Assembly: GCF_001317345.1 (NCBI RefSeq)
Contig: NZ_JXCG01000008.1
Location: 46,620 to 78,619, forward strand
Source: Thermococcus sp. EP1
Lineage (GTDB): Archaea > Methanobacteriota_B > Thermococci > Thermococcales > Thermococcaceae
Length of the DNA stretch: 32,000 nucleotides
Direction of reading: 5' to 3'
Shown here in pieces: positions 20,300 through 30,167 of the stretch. The notes under the pieces are model-generated. The model was not told the origin of the DNA and ran no database searches. It saw only the letters and a program-made list of their open reading frames with translations. Each line of letters starts with the position of its first letter. Position 1 is the first letter of the stretch. Both the position numbers and the translations under genes were made by a program.

Positions 20300-20830
20300 A
20301 TGCAAAAGAAAACTCTACAGAAAGGGAAGAGCTATTACAAAAAAGGAAAGGTTCTGTGGGTTCTCAAGTATAAGGAAAAACTGTTTTCCAAAGTTCTGGG
20401 AACGTATCCGTATTATGTAGAAGTGGACTTAGCAAAAAATTCAAACAGATGCACCTGCCCACAGGGCAAAGACTGCAAACACGTCGCTGCTGTACTCATG
20501 GCCTTTGAAGAAGGATTCTACATTGAAAGTGAAGATCCCCTCTCAGAGAGTTTACCAGAGCTAGTTATTGAGAAGTATTTCTTCACTGAAGATCCTGCAC
20601 TTGGGATAGAAGTTCTGCTGAAAGAATTACAGTACCAGATAAACAATGATGAAAGTGGAAGTGAAGTTACTAGGCTTTTAAGGAAAACCTTAAAGCTCTT
20701 CCCACAAGCTCCCTCTGCAGAAATGAGATTTCAAATAATCGAGATATTTAATGAATTCAAACGAGTATTTTCAGAATATAAGCTGACAGAAGAGTTGGAG
20801 AAAGAAATCAAGAAAATCTTAAACTTCTAA
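20300..20830 (+). CDS. Small SWIM zinc-finger domain protein
   Basis: 'CTCPQGKDCKHVAAVL' gives a CxC-x5-CxH SWIM-like signature at aa ~55-65. The acidic alpha-helical C-terminal half has no recognisable domain. Confidence 0.6.
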   Translation: MQKKTLQKGKSYYKKGKVLWVLKYKEKLFSKVLGTYPYYVEVDLAKNSNRCTCPQGKDCKHVAAVLMAFEEGFYIESEDPLSESLPELVIEKYFFTEDPALGIEVLLKELQYQINNDESGSEVTRLLRKTLKLFPQAPSAEMRFQIIEIFNEFKRVFSEYKLTEELEKEIKKILNF

Positions 20831-20969
20831 TTATATCACTTGCTCTTATTTACGCCCATAACCCCCCCAATCATCTCCAGTTTAACATTCTTAGCCCTAA
20901 AAGAGAACCTTTCAAAAGTGTCTTGAACCTTCTAACCTTTAGGTTCCACTTATAGTAGGGTCTTCAAAA

Positions 20970-20983
20970 AAAGCCTTATAAAG
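20970..20983 (+). promoter_or_regulatory. Candidate BRE/TATA promoter of reverse gyrase
   Basis: AAAGCC followed by TTATAAAG, about 40 nt upstream of ATG 21021. GAGGGTG lies between them as an SD-like motif. Confidence 0.45.
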
Positions 20984-21020
20984 TTTGCATCTCTTAGAAA
21001 AGGATTAGAGGGTGGATAAA

Positions 21021-24000
21021 ATGAAGGCAGTATACAGGGGCATGTGCCCAAATTGCCAAGATGTGATAAGCGATGAGAGGTTATATAATAAGCATCCATG
21101 TGAAACATGTCTTGACGAAGAAATTAAATCGGATGTTTATTTTGAACTTGTTAAAGGAATTTACGATGCTTTAAAGCTTAAAAACACATTAAAACACTGG
21201 GAAGAAGTGTACTCTCTAGAACAAAGACTTATTGAAGCGGAAAAACTTTTTAAAACTGCTACTGGATTCACATTCTGGAGTGCTCAAAAGACCTGGGTAA
21301 AACGGCTGGTAAGAGGAAAAAGTTTCTCAATCATAGCTCCAACGGGTATGGGAAAAAGTGTTTTTGGGGCGTTTATGTCCATTTATTATGCCAAAAAAGG
21401 AAAGAGATCATATATTGTCTTACCAACAACGCCTCTGGTCGTTCAAACGATCAAGAGAGTCAAGACTTTTGCTGAAAAAGCTGGAATAGATGTTAATTTA
21501 GCATATTATCATGGAAATATGAGGAAAAAAGAAAAAGAAGAAATGCTCCAAAAAATCCAAACTGGTGAGTTTGATGTTCTCATAACCTCCGCCCAATACC
21601 TTGCGAGAAATTTTGATGTCTTAAAGGACAAAAGATTTGACTTTATCTTTGTAGATGATGTTGATGCTTTTTTAAAAGCTTCAAAGAATATAGATCGCTC
21701 ATTGATTTTACTCGGCTTTACCGAGGAAATAATTCAAAAAGCATGGGAAATAATAAGGCTCAAAAAACAGATGGCAAAATACCTTAATGGAAACAGAAAA
21801 GACAAAAATGAGCAGTTAAAAGAACTAAATAAGCAAATAAACGCAATTGAAAAAGAAATAAGAGAATTTAAACGCAAGAATAACATTGGAGTTCTGATTG
21901 TGGCCTCAGCAACTGGAAGTGCAAGAGGTGACAGAATAAAACTCTATCGTGAACTCCTTGATTTTGAAGTAGGGAGTGGACGATCCGCATTAAGAAATGT
22001 AGTGGACACATACCTATCTCCCCAACACCCAATAGAAGAGCATGTTGAAGAGATCATAAAGAAATTGGGCACTGGAGGCCTTATCTTCGTACCTATTGAT
22101 CAGGGTATACTCTATGCAGAAAAACTAACTTCTTACCTAAAGGATAAAGGATTCAAAGTCGAATTAGTTTCAGCGAGAAATAAAAAGGGTCTTGAAAAGT
22201 TTGAGAATGGAGAGGCCGACTACCTAATTGGGGTTGCAACTTATTACGGATCTATTGTTAGAGGCTTAGATTTGCCACATCTAATAAGGTATGCAGTTTT
22301 TACTGGTGTTCCTAAATTCCGATTTAGCATAGATTTAGAACAACCTACTATCTACAGAGTTCTTGGTCTGATGAGTGAAGTTATGGAATTCCTAGAAAAC
22401 GAAGATAGAAAGAATGCAGAAAAACTCTACGCTAGAATAAGAAGGCTCATAAGGAACATTCCACAGTTTGAAATTTTAAAGATAGAAGAAGCACTTGCAG
22501 AGGGATTGCCTCTAGAAGGATTTTCAAATCATGTTCTCAAGGTATTTAAGGAGGCAGTTGACTTTTTAAGAAATATATTGAAGAAGGAAGACGTTCTCAA
22601 GAGAATCGAGGAAGATCCTTTCGTAAGTCTCAAGAAAGAGGAAGGAAAGTGGTACATAGAAATCCCTGACGTTAGGACGTATATCCAAGCAAGCGGGAGG
22701 ACTTCAAGACTATTTGCTGGTGGTATAACTAAGGGACTAAGCATAGTAATTGTGGACAACGAAAAGGTGTTCAATGGATTAAAGAGGCAAATGCGCTGGC
22801 GCTTTTCTGAGTTTGAAATGGTGGCCTTTAATGAACTAGACCTAGAAAAAATACTCCAAGAGATTGACAGAGATAGGGAAAAAGTCAAACTTATTATGGA
22901 AGGAAAGATCGCAGAGAAAACAAAGGATTTAGTTAGGTCAGCTCTTATGATAGTGGAGTCACCAAACAAGGCAAGAACTATCGCAAACTTCTTTGGTCAA
23001 CCAAGCAAAAGACGTATCGGCGATTTAGTCGCATATGAAGTAAGCATTGGAGAATTAATGCTAACAATCCTTGCAAGTGGAGGACATATGTTCGACCTTG
23101 TAACCAATGACGGTTATCACGGGGTCTTGGTAAACGAAAAAGATGGAAAACTCTACTTCGTGCCAATATATGATACTTTAAAGCGTTGTAGAGACTGTGG
23201 TCACCAATTTGTGGACTGGGAAAGTAAGGGAGTATGTCCAAGATGCGGGTCTAAAGATATCAGAGATGCCCTCGAGAATGTGATGGCAATGAGGGAAATT
23301 GCTCAAGAAGTTGATGAAATATTAATCGGAACTGACCCAGATACTGAGGGAGAAAAGATAGCATGGGACATAAGGAATGTTTTATCCCCTTACACCCCAA
23401 CAATAAAAAGGATTGAATTTCACGAGGTTACTAGGCCAGCTATTCTGAAAGCACTGAAAGAAGCAAGAGACGTGCACGAAGGCAGAGTAAATGCTCAGCT
23501 GGTAAGAAGAATCGAAGATAGATGGATAGGCTTCGAATTAAGCCAAAAACTCTGGGAAGTCTTTGAGAATACCTATCTTTCAGCAGGAAGAGTTCAAACA
23601 CCTGTACTAGGGTGGGTAATCCAAAGATATAAGGAATTTGTAGAAAGTGAAACCAATTTTGTAAGACTAACCCTCGAAAATGATCTGGATGTCACCCTTG
23701 AAGGCGTTAAAGACGAGGTCGAAGAAGTTGTTGTAGAAGATGTGCAGCTGGAAGAGAGAGAACTCAATCCATTACCACCATACAGTACTGATACCATGCT
23801 TCAAGATGCTTCAAGATTTTTAGGATTCTCAACTGACTATACAATGAGACTAGCCCAAGACCTTTTCGAATTAGGTCTTCTTACATATATTAGAACAGAC
23901 TCAACCCATGTCAGCAACGTTGGTATAGAAGTTGCTAAAGAGTACATAAGCGATGAAATCGGCGAGGAATACTTCGCCCCAAGGAAATGGGGAGAAGAAG

Positions 24001-24665
24001 GAGCTCATGAATGTATAAGACCGACAAGGCCTATAGACACCGGAAGATTAATGCAACTACTCAGAGATGGAGTTATAACACTTGCAAGAGGTCTGACAAG
24101 GGATCATTTCAGACTATATGACATGGTATTTAAGCGCTTTATGACATCCCAGATGAAAGCCGCAAAGATACTCTATGAAAAAGCAATCATAGATGCAAAA
24201 GTTGCAAAAACAGAAATAGAAGGCTATGTAGACATTCTTTATGAGGGATGGACAAAAATCCGGAATCCACCACTGAGAAAGCTTCCAAAACTTGAAAAAG
24301 GACAAAGGATTAGAGTTAAAGAGATCAAGAAATGGAAGGCTCCAAAAGTACCGCTTTTCACTCAAGGAGATATAATTGCCCTGATGAAAGAACGCAAAAT
24401 TGGAAGGCCATCAACATATGCCAAGATAGTCAAAACCCTCCTTGATAGACACTACGTCATAGAAACCAAAGGGAGAAAGAAACTCGTGCCTACAGAGCTT
24501 GGAACTAAAGTATACCATTATCTCATAACCAGGTACAAAGAGCTCGTAAGCGAAGAAAGGACTAGACAGCTTGAAGAGCTCATGGATCTGATAGAAGAAA
24601 ACAAAGCGAACTATCAAGAAATCCTGAATGAAATGTACAAAGAAATTAAAAAATACATCGCTTGA
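21021..24665 (+). CDS. rgy: Reverse gyrase
   Basis: There is an N-terminal Zn-ribbon 'CPNCQ...CETC'. Helicase-like motifs are 'APTGMGKS' and 'DDVD'. The topo IA part has TOPRIM 'IVESPNKA' and 'DPDTEGE' plus the active-site Tyr block 'LTYIRTDS'. The protein is about 1214 aa and collinear, with no intein. Confidence 0.97.
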   Translation: MKAVYRGMCPNCQDVISDERLYNKHPCETCLDEEIKSDVYFELVKGIYDALKLKNTLKHWEEVYSLEQRLIEAEKLFKTATGFTFWSAQKTWVKRLVRGKSFSIIAPTGMGKSVFGAFMSIYYAKKGKRSYIVLPTTPLVVQTIKRVKTFAEKAGIDVNLAYYHGNMRKKEKEEMLQKIQTGEFDVLITSAQYLARNFDVLKDKRFDFIFVDDVDAFLKASKNIDRSLILLGFTEEIIQKAWEIIRLKKQMAKYLNGNRKDKNEQLKELNKQINAIEKEIREFKRKNNIGVLIVASATGSARGDRIKLYRELLDFEVGSGRSALRNVVDTYLSPQHPIEEHVEEIIKKLGTGGLIFVPIDQGILYAEKLTSYLKDKGFKVELVSARNKKGLEKFENGEADYLIGVATYYGSIVRGLDLPHLIRYAVFTGVPKFRFSIDLEQPTIYRVLGLMSEVMEFLENEDRKNAEKLYARIRRLIRNIPQFEILKIEEALAEGLPLEGFSNHVLKVFKEAVDFLRNILKKEDVLKRIEEDPFVSLKKEEGKWYIEIPDVRTYIQASGRTSRLFAGGITKGLSIVIVDNEKVFNGLKRQMRWRFSEFEMVAFNELDLEKILQEIDRDREKVKLIMEGKIAEKTKDLVRSALMIVESPNKARTIANFFGQPSKRRIGDLVAYEVSIGELMLTILASGGHMFDLVTNDGYHGVLVNEKDGKLYFVPIYDTLKRCRDCGHQFVDWESKGVCPRCGSKDIRDALENVMAMREIAQEVDEILIGTDPDTEGEKIAWDIRNVLSPYTPTIKRIEFHEVTRPAILKALKEARDVHEGRVNAQLVRRIEDRWIGFELSQKLWEVFENTYLSAGRVQTPVLGWVIQRYKEFVESETNFVRLTLENDLDVTLEGVKDEVEEVVVEDVQLEERELNPLPPYSTDTMLQDASRFLGFSTDYTMRLAQDLFELGLLTYIRTDSTHVSNVGIEVAKEYISDEIGEEYFAPRKWGEEGAHECIRPTRPIDTGRLMQLLRDGVITLARGLTRDHFRLYDMVFKRFMTSQMKAAKILYEKAIIDAKVAKTEIEGYVDILYEGWTKIRNPPLRKLPKLEKGQRIRVKEIKKWKAPKVPLFTQGDIIALMKERKIGRPSTYAKIVKTLLDRHYVIETKGRKKLVPTELGTKVYHYLITRYKELVSEERTRQLEELMDLIEENKANYQEILNEMYKEIKKYIA

Positions 24666-24667
24666 GG

Positions 24668-24676
24668 TTTTTCTTT
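24668..24676 (+). terminator. Oligo-T tract after reverse gyrase
   Basis: TTTTTCTTT begins 3 nt after the TGA. Confidence 0.45.
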
Positions 24677-24701
24677 AAATTATTAAAAGAAAAGAAAGAG
24701 T

Positions 24702-26090
24702 TCACTCTTTCCTGTGTTTCATTTTCCAGTTATGCCATCTATAAAGGGCTGAGAGTGATTTAATTGCCCTTTCTGGTTCAGGATATGCTGGAATGCCCTT
24801 CTCATTAAGTATGTCAATAGCTTCTTTAGCCTCAATTCCACCTACTATTGCAACTACAATTGGCTTCTTCTTTCCACTTGCTTCATATTCTCTGATAACT
24901 ATCTCTGCAAGATCTCTTGGGTCTAAAACTGCTGTTTGACAGTAGAGAACTGCTATTGCGTGCATCTCTGGATGAGCCAAGGCATCTCTAACTGCCCCTT
25001 CATAAGCCTCAGCACCTGCCATACCTGTAAGGTCAACAGGATTCTTGTAGCTTCCAAATGGTGGCATGTGGTTTGCAAAGACTTTAAGCTCCTCTAAGTT
25101 GTCGTAAAGTTTTAATCCTTCTTCTTCAGCAGCATCAGTGGCCATAACCCCTATTCCACCACCGTTTGTGAGTATCACAACGTTATCTCCCTCTGGTTCT
25201 GGAAGGTTGGAGAGTGTTCTTGCCCAATCAAATGCCTCGCCTATTGTTAAAGCCCTTAACACACCACTTTGCTTGAATGCGGCAGTGTAGATGCTGTCAG
25301 CGCCAGCTAGTGACCCAGTGTGTGAAGCCGCTGCTTTGGCTCCTCTTTCACTTCTACCGGCTTTAATGATTATAATTGGCTTCTTCATTGAAACTCTCTT
25401 GGCAACTTCCATAAACTTCCTACCGTCCTTTACACCCTCCATATAGATTAAAATAGCACCGGTGTTTTCATCGTCTTCAAAGTATTCAAGCATGTCAGCG
25501 TCATCAAGGTCACTCTTGTTTCCTATGCTAACTACGGCTGAAAGACCAACTTTTTCAAGAATTGTCCATCCCATAAGTGCTATTCCAAGAGCACCGCTTT
25601 GGGAAACAAGGGCTAGCTTTCCTGGCATAACATCAGTTGGTCCGAATGTAGCGTTAAGCTTCGCAGGAGTATAAACAATACCAAAGATGTTTGGACCAAG
25701 AATTCTCATTCCATACTTGTGAGCTGTCTCGACTAGCTGCTGTTCAACTTTCTTGCCCTCTTCACCAAGTTCTCCAAATCCTGAACTAATTATCGGAAGA
25801 ACTTTAACACCCTTCTTCCCACACTCTTCTACAACCTGTGGGACAAACTTTGCTGGTACAACTATCACCGCCATATCAACTTCATCGGGAACATCGAGAA
25901 TGGTCTTGTAAACTTGGAATTTTCTTCCACTGATCTCTATTTCTCCACCTTTAACATTTACTGCATATATTTTCCCTTCATAGCCGTATTCGATGAGATT
26001 TTTCATAATAGCGTATCCTATTTTCCCTGGCTTGCCAGAAGCCCCTACAACAGCAACGCTCTTTGGTTTGAAAAGTGCTTCTATGCTCAT
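24702..26090 (-). CDS. acdA: ADP-forming acetyl-CoA (acyl-CoA) synthetase, alpha subunit
   Basis: 'KSVAVVGASGKPGKIGY' is a CoA-binding Rossmann motif and 'ASHTGSLAG' is the phosphohistidine loop. ATG 26090 (MSIEALF) is preceded by GGTGGAGGAA. Confidence 0.9.
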   Translation of the reverse strand: MSIEALFKPKSVAVVGASGKPGKIGYAIMKNLIEYGYEGKIYAVNVKGGEIEISGRKFQVYKTILDVPDEVDMAVIVVPAKFVPQVVEECGKKGVKVLPIISSGFGELGEEGKKVEQQLVETAHKYGMRILGPNIFGIVYTPAKLNATFGPTDVMPGKLALVSQSGALGIALMGWTILEKVGLSAVVSIGNKSDLDDADMLEYFEDDENTGAILIYMEGVKDGRKFMEVAKRVSMKKPIIIIKAGRSERGAKAAASHTGSLAGADSIYTAAFKQSGVLRALTIGEAFDWARTLSNLPEPEGDNVVILTNGGGIGVMATDAAEEEGLKLYDNLEELKVFANHMPPFGSYKNPVDLTGMAGAEAYEGAVRDALAHPEMHAIAVLYCQTAVLDPRDLAEIVIREYEASGKKKPIVVAIVGGIEAKEAIDILNEKGIPAYPEPERAIKSLSALYRWHNWKMKHRKE

Positions 26091-26463
26091 TTCCTCCACC
26101 CCATGAACTTTACAAAGGTTAATCTGAAAAAGGAGTTATAACTTTTCCCTTATCCATTTGCCGACTTGAGTATCGGCGTTCGCTAAAGAAACCTTGAGTT
26201 TTGAACGTGGATTGGATAAAGAAAAGTTAAGCAGATACTATAAAATTGTTTCATGAGGATTTTTGAACTACTAAATTTCGAGGGATAATAGCTTTAAAGC
26301 TGGAGGACAAAAATAAGAATAGTGATACTCCTCCCACTCCAAAAATATGAAGCATACTCGATAAGCTAGTGTCAGAAGTAAAGACAAGATACTAAGAGAG
26401 GGAACCTTTTGCAATTGAGGAATTACCTTATGATTATTTACTATCCCAAAAAGGTGAGGAATA

Positions 26464-27486
26464 ATGGGAGTTCCGATTGGTGAGTTAGTTTCAAAAAAAG
26501 AGCTGGAATTGGAAAACCTAAATGGTAGAAAAGTGGCCATAGATGCGTTCAACGCTATATACCAGTTCCTATCCACCATCAGACAAAGAGATGGTACCCC
26601 TCTAATGGATTCCAAAGGAAGGATAACCTCCCATCTCTCAGGCCTTTTCTATAGAACGATAAATCTTACGGAAGCAGGAATAAAACCTGTCTATGTCTTT
26701 GATGGGAAACCTCCAGAGTTTAAGAAGAAAGAACTTGAAAAGAGAGCCGAAGCTAGAGAAGAAGCAAGAGAAAAATGGGAATTAGCCCTTGCCAGGGGAG
26801 ACTTAGAAGAGGCCAAAAAATACGCCCAACGAGCTTCAAAAGTAAATGAACTTCTAATTGAAGACGCCAAAAAACTTTTGGAACTGATGGGGATCCCTTG
26901 GGTTCAAGCTCCCAGCGAGGGAGAAGCCCAAGCCGCCTATATGGCATCTAAAGGAGATGTTTGGGCCTCGGCAAGTCAAGATTATGACTCATTGCTCTTT
27001 GGAACACCAAAACTCGTAAGGAACCTCACCATAACAGGAAGACGAAAACTACCTGGAAAAGATGTCTATATTGAGGTTAAGCCTGAATTAATACTTCTTG
27101 AAGATGTGCTGAACGGGCTGAAACTAACAAGAGAGAAACTTATTGAGTTAGCAATACTCGTTGGTACTGACTACAATCCAGGAGGAATAAAAGGATTAGG
27201 ACCAAAAAAAGCCCTTGAAATAGTAAGACACTCCAAAGATCCCCTATTAAAATATCAAAAGACAAGTGATGTAGACCTATATGCAATTAAGGAATTTTTC
27301 CTGAATCCACCAGTAACAAATGAGTACAAACTAGAATGGAAAATGCCCGATGAAGAGGGGGTACTGAGATTCCTCTGTGATGAGCATGACTTTAGCGAAG
27401 AACGTGTGAAAAATGGACTTGAGAGACTCAAAAAAGCAATAAAAGCTGGAAGACAATTTACATTAGATGCTTGGTTTAAAAAATGA
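26464..27486 (+). CDS. fen: Flap endonuclease 1
   Basis: 'MGVPIGELV', the XPG-N and XPG-I blocks ('VFDG', 'APSEGEAQ', '[10 protein letters not shown]'), the H3TH '[19 protein letters not shown]', and a C-terminal PIP-like 'QFTLDAWF'. Confidence 0.95.
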   Translation: MGVPIGELVSKKELELENLNGRKVAIDAFNAIYQFLSTIRQRDGTPLMDSKGRITSHLSGLFYRTINLTEAGIKPVYVFDGKPPEFKKKELEKRAEAREEAREKWELALARGDLEEAKKYAQRASKVNELLIEDAKKLLELMGIPWVQAPSEGEAQAAYMASKGDVWASASQDYDSLLFGTPKLVRNLTITGRRKLPGKDVYIEVKPELILLEDVLNGLKLTREKLIELAILVGTDYNPGGIKGLGPKKALEIVRHSKDPLLKYQKTSDVDLYAIKEFFLNPPVTNEYKLEWKMPDEEGVLRFLCDEHDFSEERVKNGLERLKKAIKAGRQFTLDAWFKK

Positions 27487-27488
27487 CC

Positions 27489-27499
27489 TTTTTATTTTT
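27489..27499 (+). terminator. Oligo-T tract after fen
   Basis: TTTTTATTTTT begins 3 nt after the TGA. Confidence 0.45.
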
Positions 27500-27509
27500 A
27501 AAATTAAAA

Positions 27510-28448
27510 TTAAATGGGAAGCTTTAATCCAAGCTTCTCAACCATTTCTTTGTAACGGTTTCTTACCGTTACCTCTGTTACTCTTGCCGCCTCTGCAACT
27601 TCTCTCTGAGTTCTCTTTTCTCCCTCTAGAAGGCCAGCAATGTATAAAGCAGCTGCAACCAAACCCGCAGGACTTTTTCCACTAGTAAGACCCATATTAT
27701 AAGCTTGTTCCAAAAGGTCAATCGCTCTTCTTCTAGTCCTCTCACTCAAACCAAGCTCATCTGCAAACTTGTTTACATAATCAGTCGGTTTAACAAAGAG
27801 TTTCTTTGGTGTAAGGTTAAGGTTTCTAGCAATAAACCTAAAACTTCTCCCAATCTCTTTTTTATCTACTTTAGCCATATCTGCTATTTCATCCAAAGTT
27901 CTCGGAATTTTGAGTAGTCTGCATGCAGCATAAACACATGCAGCGATTACACTTTCAATTGAACGGCCCCTTATAAGTCCCTTTCTTACAGCCTCCCTGT
28001 ATAGACGAGCTGATTCTTCTTCCACGTGTTTGGGCAGGTTTAGTCTTGCACCAAGCCTATCAAGCTCGCTTAATGCGAAAGCTAGGTTTCTCTCCGCAGC
28101 ATCGCTTACTCTAAGCCTGCTCTGCCACTTTCTAAGACGATAAATCTTCTCTCTCATTAACCCTTTAACATTTCTGTCATACCCTATATCCGTTGAAAGA
28201 CCCTTGTCGTGAAGCAATATGCTCTCAGGTGCCCCAGTTCTAGACCGTTTCTCTCTTTGAGAAGCGTCAAAGGCCCTCCACTCAGGACCCATATCAATCA
28301 TGTTTTCTTGAATTACAAATCCACAACTTGCACAGATTACCTCTCCCCTCTCAGGGTCATAAACAAATTTATCAGAGCCACAAACAGGGCAAATCCTATG
28401 CTTAGTCACAATTACACCCCCACGGTCAGTAACCTTGTCAATCCTCAT
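27510..28448 (-). CDS. tfb: Transcription initiation factor TFB (TFIIB homologue)
   Basis: Zn-ribbon 'CPVCGS...CASCG', B-reader/linker 'DASQREKRSRTGAP', and two cyclin repeats. The true start may be the internal GTG at 28409 (see findings). Confidence 0.93.
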   Translation of the reverse strand: MRIDKVTDRGGVIVTKHRICPVCGSDKFVYDPERGEVICASCGFVIQENMIDMGPEWRAFDASQREKRSRTGAPESILLHDKGLSTDIGYDRNVKGLMREKIYRLRKWQSRLRVSDAAERNLAFALSELDRLGARLNLPKHVEEESARLYREAVRKGLIRGRSIESVIAACVYAACRLLKIPRTLDEIADMAKVDKKEIGRSFRFIARNLNLTPKKLFVKPTDYVNKFADELGLSERTRRRAIDLLEQAYNMGLTSGKSPAGLVAAALYIAGLLEGEKRTQREVAEAARVTEVTVRNRYKEMVEKLGLKLPI

Positions 28449-28457
28449 ATATAAACC

Positions 28458-28820
28458 TTAAGCTTTTTCAAATCTAGTTATTGAATTGGTTATCCATTTT
28501 ACATGTTCTTTTTTAAACGTAATCTTTTCCAATATCCTAACATCCTCTTCAACAATATTCACATACGCCCAGAGGAATACAGGATCTTTCTCACTTCCCA
28601 CAACACGATTTCGGTAAAGAATGTCAAGTGTCCCATCACTACTTTTTCTAGCGGAAATAGGTTTCCAAATGTCCAAACTAACCTCTCCCTTATCACTGAG
28701 CGCCTTGATAATCTCCTTAATTCTCACTTTTGTTTCACCACTTAATTCTAAATTCTTTCCTCGTTCTGGCATCAATTTGAGCCAAGATCCTTTTAAGTTT
28801 TTCATCTGTGATTCTCTCAT
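28458..28820 (-). CDS. Small conserved-looking hypothetical protein (start uncertain: 28820, 28805, 28772 or GTG 28727)
   Basis: The ORF is wedged between the PDCD5-like gene and tfb. ATG starts overlap the upstream gene by 38-86 nt. GTG 28727 is preceded by GGTGA and sits 7 nt after the upstream stop. I recognise no family. Confidence 0.5.
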   Translation of the reverse strand: MRESQMKNLKGSWLKLMPERGKNLELSGETKVRIKEIIKALSDKGEVSLDIWKPISARKSSDGTLDILYRNRVVGSEKDPVFLWAYVNIVEEDVRILEKITFKKEHVKWITNSITRFEKA

Positions 28821-29073
28821 TTATCTGACCAGCCTGATAAAGCTGGACTAGTATTAACTCTACCTGTCTCGCAAGTTCTGGTCTAACCAACTTCACTCTT
28901 CCCAATCTTTCTCTCGCTTCAGGAGTTAAAATCTGCTTCATTATTGCCTGTAATTGGGCCTCTAACTCCATTTCTTGCCTTATTTGCTCCTCCTCAGCCT
29001 TCCTTTGCTCGGCAAGTCTTTTTTGAAGCTCTAAAAGCTTTTTCTTCCTAATCTCCTCTATATCTTCACCCAT
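28735..29073 (-). CDS. PDCD5-like double-stranded DNA-binding protein (MTH1615 family)
   Basis: 'IRKKKLLELQKR...ILTPEARERLGRVKLVRPELARQVE' is typical of the archaeal dsDNA_bind family. GAGGGTGA lies upstream of the ATG. Confidence 0.85.
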   Translation of the reverse strand: MGEDIEEIRKKKLLELQKRLAEQRKAEEEQIRQEMELEAQLQAIMKQILTPEARERLGRVKLVRPELARQVELILVQLYQAGQINERITDEKLKRILAQIDARTRKEFRIKW

Positions 29074-29147
29074 CCTATCACCCTCAACAAAAGTTATTTT
29101 AAAAAGTTATTGGAAAATGCTGATTAAACTCAAAAAGGGAGAAAACA

Positions 29148-29600
29148 TCAGTACTTCTTAAGTTCAGGTATTATTTCTTCAAGTTCCTTCTTAAGCTCTG
29201 TGGCAGCCTTATCAAGGAAACTTCTTCCCTTTGGTGTGACTACTCTGCCCTCTCCAGGGATCTTTGTGATGAATCCAGCAGCCTCGAGCTGTTGAAGTGC
29301 CTTTCTAACGATACTTCCACTTCCTTTGTAAAAGTGTTCTGGTGCATGGCCTCTGTTCTTTCTTCCACCATACCATGTCCTTAATCTTTCAATGCCCACT
29401 GGTCCATCCACATAAACTTTTCTCAAAACTGAGGCTACTCTGTAATACCACCAATCGTCTTGTTCTGGTATCCTCTCCTTGTGTCTACCAGTCTTAACGA
29501 ATAATGCCCATTCAGGTGGTTTTATTTCAGGTATTTCTTTTAACTTCTGAGCTACCCTCTCAACGAGTAAATCACCAGGAACATCATAAACTGTCGCCAT
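29148..29600 (-). CDS. rps19e: 30S ribosomal protein S19e
   Basis: 'MATVYDVP...[35 protein letters not shown]' is the characteristic S19e sequence. Confidence 0.95.
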   Translation of the reverse strand: MATVYDVPGDLLVERVAQKLKEIPEIKPPEWALFVKTGRHKERIPEQDDWWYYRVASVLRKVYVDGPVGIERLRTWYGGRKNRGHAPEHFYKGSGSIVRKALQQLEAAGFITKIPGEGRVVTPKGRSFLDKAATELKKELEEIIPELKKY

Positions 29601-29603
29601 TCT

Positions 29604-30020
29604 TCATTCCCTCCCTTTTTTGAACTTCTTCCTAAATTGAGCGATATCGAGTTTGATCTTCTTAACGGGTTTTTCTTCCCGTCTCTCCTTCGAGACTTCC
29701 TTAAGCTTAAGCTTCTTTAAATACTTTTCCCATCCCTCTCTGGGACGAAACAATATAAACCTTTTGCCCCTAACGTCGATGAGCTCACTATCTGTAAGCT
29801 CCGCAACCTTTTCAGCTATACCTCTCCTATCCATTTCTGTAGAAATGAGTGCGCCTTTCTTTATTTCTACCTTTAATATACCCTCTTTTTTTAGTTGAAC
29901 GTTAATCTCATTGATTACACTTTCATCTAGACCTTTTTTTCCAACCCATGCTTTTGGTTCAATATCATAATATTTGGCCCGTATGGCTCTTCTCACCTTT
30001 CCGGGTAAGCGTTTCTCCAT
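29604..30020 (-). CDS. YhbY/CRM-domain RNA-binding protein with Lys-rich C-terminal tail
   Basis: 'VGKKGLDESVINEINVQLKKEGILKVEI' is a CRS1/YhbY motif. ATG 30020 is preceded by GAGGTGA. The stop lies 3 nt from the S19e start. Confidence 0.8.
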   Translation of the reverse strand: MEKRLPGKVRRAIRAKYYDIEPKAWVGKKGLDESVINEINVQLKKEGILKVEIKKGALISTEMDRRGIAEKVAELTDSELIDVRGKRFILFRPREGWEKYLKKLKLKEVSKERREEKPVKKIKLDIAQFRKKFKKGRE

Positions 30021-30167
30021 CTCTCTCACCTCTCTCTAAAGTCTCGCCCACTTTTGGACGCGAAGGTTTTTGGAAGAAGGGCTTTTTAAATCTTGCCTAA
30101 CTGCTACACACCTTTGAGTAAAAATCCTTATTAAGTTTTAGTCTTTATTGGTGTAGTGGTGATTGCA

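Noticed and set aside
18385-24665. Possible inteins in infB or reverse gyrase (and the cdc48 fragment), which are common intein hosts in Thermococcales.
   Set aside because: The proteins are collinear with the expected motif spacing and normal lengths (about 597 and 1214 aa). There are no Cys/Ser-His-Asn splice-junction blocks or homing-endonuclease-sized insertions.
26271-26615. 114-aa minus-strand ORF spanning the fen start and the upstream spacer.
   Set aside because: It is antisense to the fen N-terminus and runs through the promoter and RBS region. It has no motifs and no RBS, so it is most likely spurious.
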